DNA of 14,664 nt from the NCBI RefSeq assembly GCF_000025945.1, contig NC_006140.1, positions 1 through 14,664 on the forward strand, given 5' to 3'. The stretch comes from Desulfotalea psychrophila LSv54. Lineage in GTDB: Bacteria > Desulfobacterota > Desulfobulbia > Desulfobulbales > Desulfocapsaceae. A program made the position numbers and the translations under genes. The notes beneath the pieces are model-generated. The model worked only from the letters and a program-made list of their open reading frames with translations. It was not told the origin of the DNA and ran no database searches. How positions within the stretch are numbered: the first letter of the stretch is position 1; every line of letters begins with the position of its first letter. Positions 13,838-14,664 of the stretch are shown piece after piece.

Positions 13838-14069
13838 AAAAAGTACTTTTGACAAACTGGCAAACAAAAGCAAAACTATAGCAAATAGTAATCCAGTAGA
13901 TATACAAAAAAGTGAATTAATAGAAAGTGTCGTTAAAAGAGAGAAGAAAAACAAACAAGTACAATTTTATTTAACAGAAACAGAATATAATAAATTGATT
14001 AACACTATGAAACCTATGGAAAAATTAAGCGATAAAGTAAGGCAAATAGTAATTAAGTCTTTGACTTAA
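13827..14069 (+). CDS. Small partition adaptor / DNA-binding protein, probably ParG/RHH-like (80 aa)
   Basis: It overlaps the parA 3' end by 11 nt. A basic N-terminal tail is followed by KQVQFYLTETEYNKLINTM...VRQIVIKSL, resembling a beta-strand-helix-helix (RHH) unit. Its position matches type Ib par operons. The stop is TAA. Confidence 0.5.
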   Translation: MTTKKSTFDKLANKSKTIANSNPVDIQKSELIESVVKREKKNKQVQFYLTETEYNKLINTMKPMEKLSDKVRQIVIKSLT

Positions 14070-14070
14070 T
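14052..14070. promoter_or_regulatory. Additional TAAGTC-N3-GACTTA palindrome at the 3' end of the par operon
   Basis: ATTAAGTC-TTT-GACTTAAT (14052..14070) followed by GCC. Apart from its 3-nt spacer it is the same as ATTAAGTC-ATT-GACTTAATGCC at 210..231. Confidence 0.55.
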
Positions 14071-14087
14071 GCCTTGTATAATTAACG

Positions 14088-14664
14088 TCAAGTTAACCGG
14101 CTGATTTCGTCACTCACCGCTTTTATGTATTTATTGCTTGAGGTCACAAAATCTTCTAGTCCTTTTTTTAGAATCAAAGAGTTAGCCGGTGTGTTTTCAG
14201 AATTTCTATATAAAGTTTCAAATTTGAAATTTTCTTCCAGTAGAAATTTAACCTTTTCAGAGAAATCTTTATCTGAAATATGTTTTGCATAAATTGAAGA
14301 TAAAGATTTTATTTTACTTTGAATTATAAAAAATTCCTGCCCTAAATTTTGCGAAGCTATATATTTGTCAATTTGCTCGCCAGATATTTTTTCTTCAATC
14401 ATGGTGTATATATTAGAATATTTCACGTATATTCTTAAATTCATTTCTATTAGTTGACAGTGCAATTCTTCAAGTTTAAGTATTTTTCGTTCTTTATTGC
14501 TAGCGATTTCGGCTAATTTGTTTTTGTGATCTTCGAGATCTTGTGATAACGATAATTTATGATTTTCAATATCTTTGACAAGAAACTGACCGAGAACTTT
14601 CTTGGCTAAAAAAACTGCTATTGTAATTAATGTAGCAGATCCACTGACTGATAATAGAACAATG
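14088..14664 (-). CDS. Membrane-anchored coiled-coil protein of unknown function, 5'-truncated by the window edge
   Basis: The frame of ORF 14088..14465 stays open upstream to nt 14663 (IVLLSVSGSATLITIAVFLAKKVLGQF..., a TM helix, then heptad-like charged sequence). The M in the ORF track is a TTG codon inside this longer frame. It ends on TGA (14088..14090), with TAA two codons later (14082..14084). Confidence 0.6.
   Translation of the reverse strand, partial: IVLLSVSGSATLITIAVFLAKKVLGQFLVKDIENHKLSLSQDLEDHKNKLAEIASNKERKILKLEELHCQLIEMNLRIYVKYSNIYTMIEEKISGEQIDKYIASQNLGQEFFIIQSKIKSLSSIYAKHISDKDFSEKVKFLLEENFKFETLYRNSENTPANSLILKKGLEDFVTSSNKYIKAVSDEISRLT

Overview
Very AT-rich window that reads as a small mobilizable, iteron-type plasmid, possibly a complete 14.66-kb circle. 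The backbone is: a Rep initiator (3723..5060, -) beside seven 21-bp iterons (5146..5504); a MobC-like accessory protein, a relaxase and a TraG/VirD4-type coupling protein (9113..12466, +) behind a G/C-rich hairpin that is a candidate oriT (9056..9080); a membrane-anchored J-domain protein; and a ParA plus small RHH-like partition operon (13241..14069) with a near-consensus promoter and TAAGTC-N3-GACTTA palindromes. No mating-pair (T4SS) genes, integrase, transposase, rRNA, tRNA or CRISPR were seen. The main finding is about the genetic code. Two genes that the standard-code ORF track breaks up or misses become clean full-length ORFs if TGA is read as sense. These are a Toprim/primase-like gene (6844..7737, -) and a DUF2958-family gene (8634..8945, +). 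Each has five in-frame TGA codons and no TAA or TAG. By my recollection of both families, at least six of the ten TGA codons sit where the family has conserved glycines (AFG, FEGF.DFLS, GGYE.RN). That points to translation table 25 (TGA = Gly; Gracilibacteria / Absconditabacteria-SR1) rather than table 4 or gene decay. The rest of the element has no internal TGA at all. Five of its genes end on TGA, and four of those have a backup TAA/TAG 2-3 codons later, so the element is a mosaic with respect to the code. Other observations: two pairs of direct repeats bracketing single-gene cassettes, a TGTTTACA repeat array, paralogous small proteins, in-frame tandem repeats, and a reading frame that closes across the window ends. 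All family assignments come from motifs recognised by eye, since no searches could be run.
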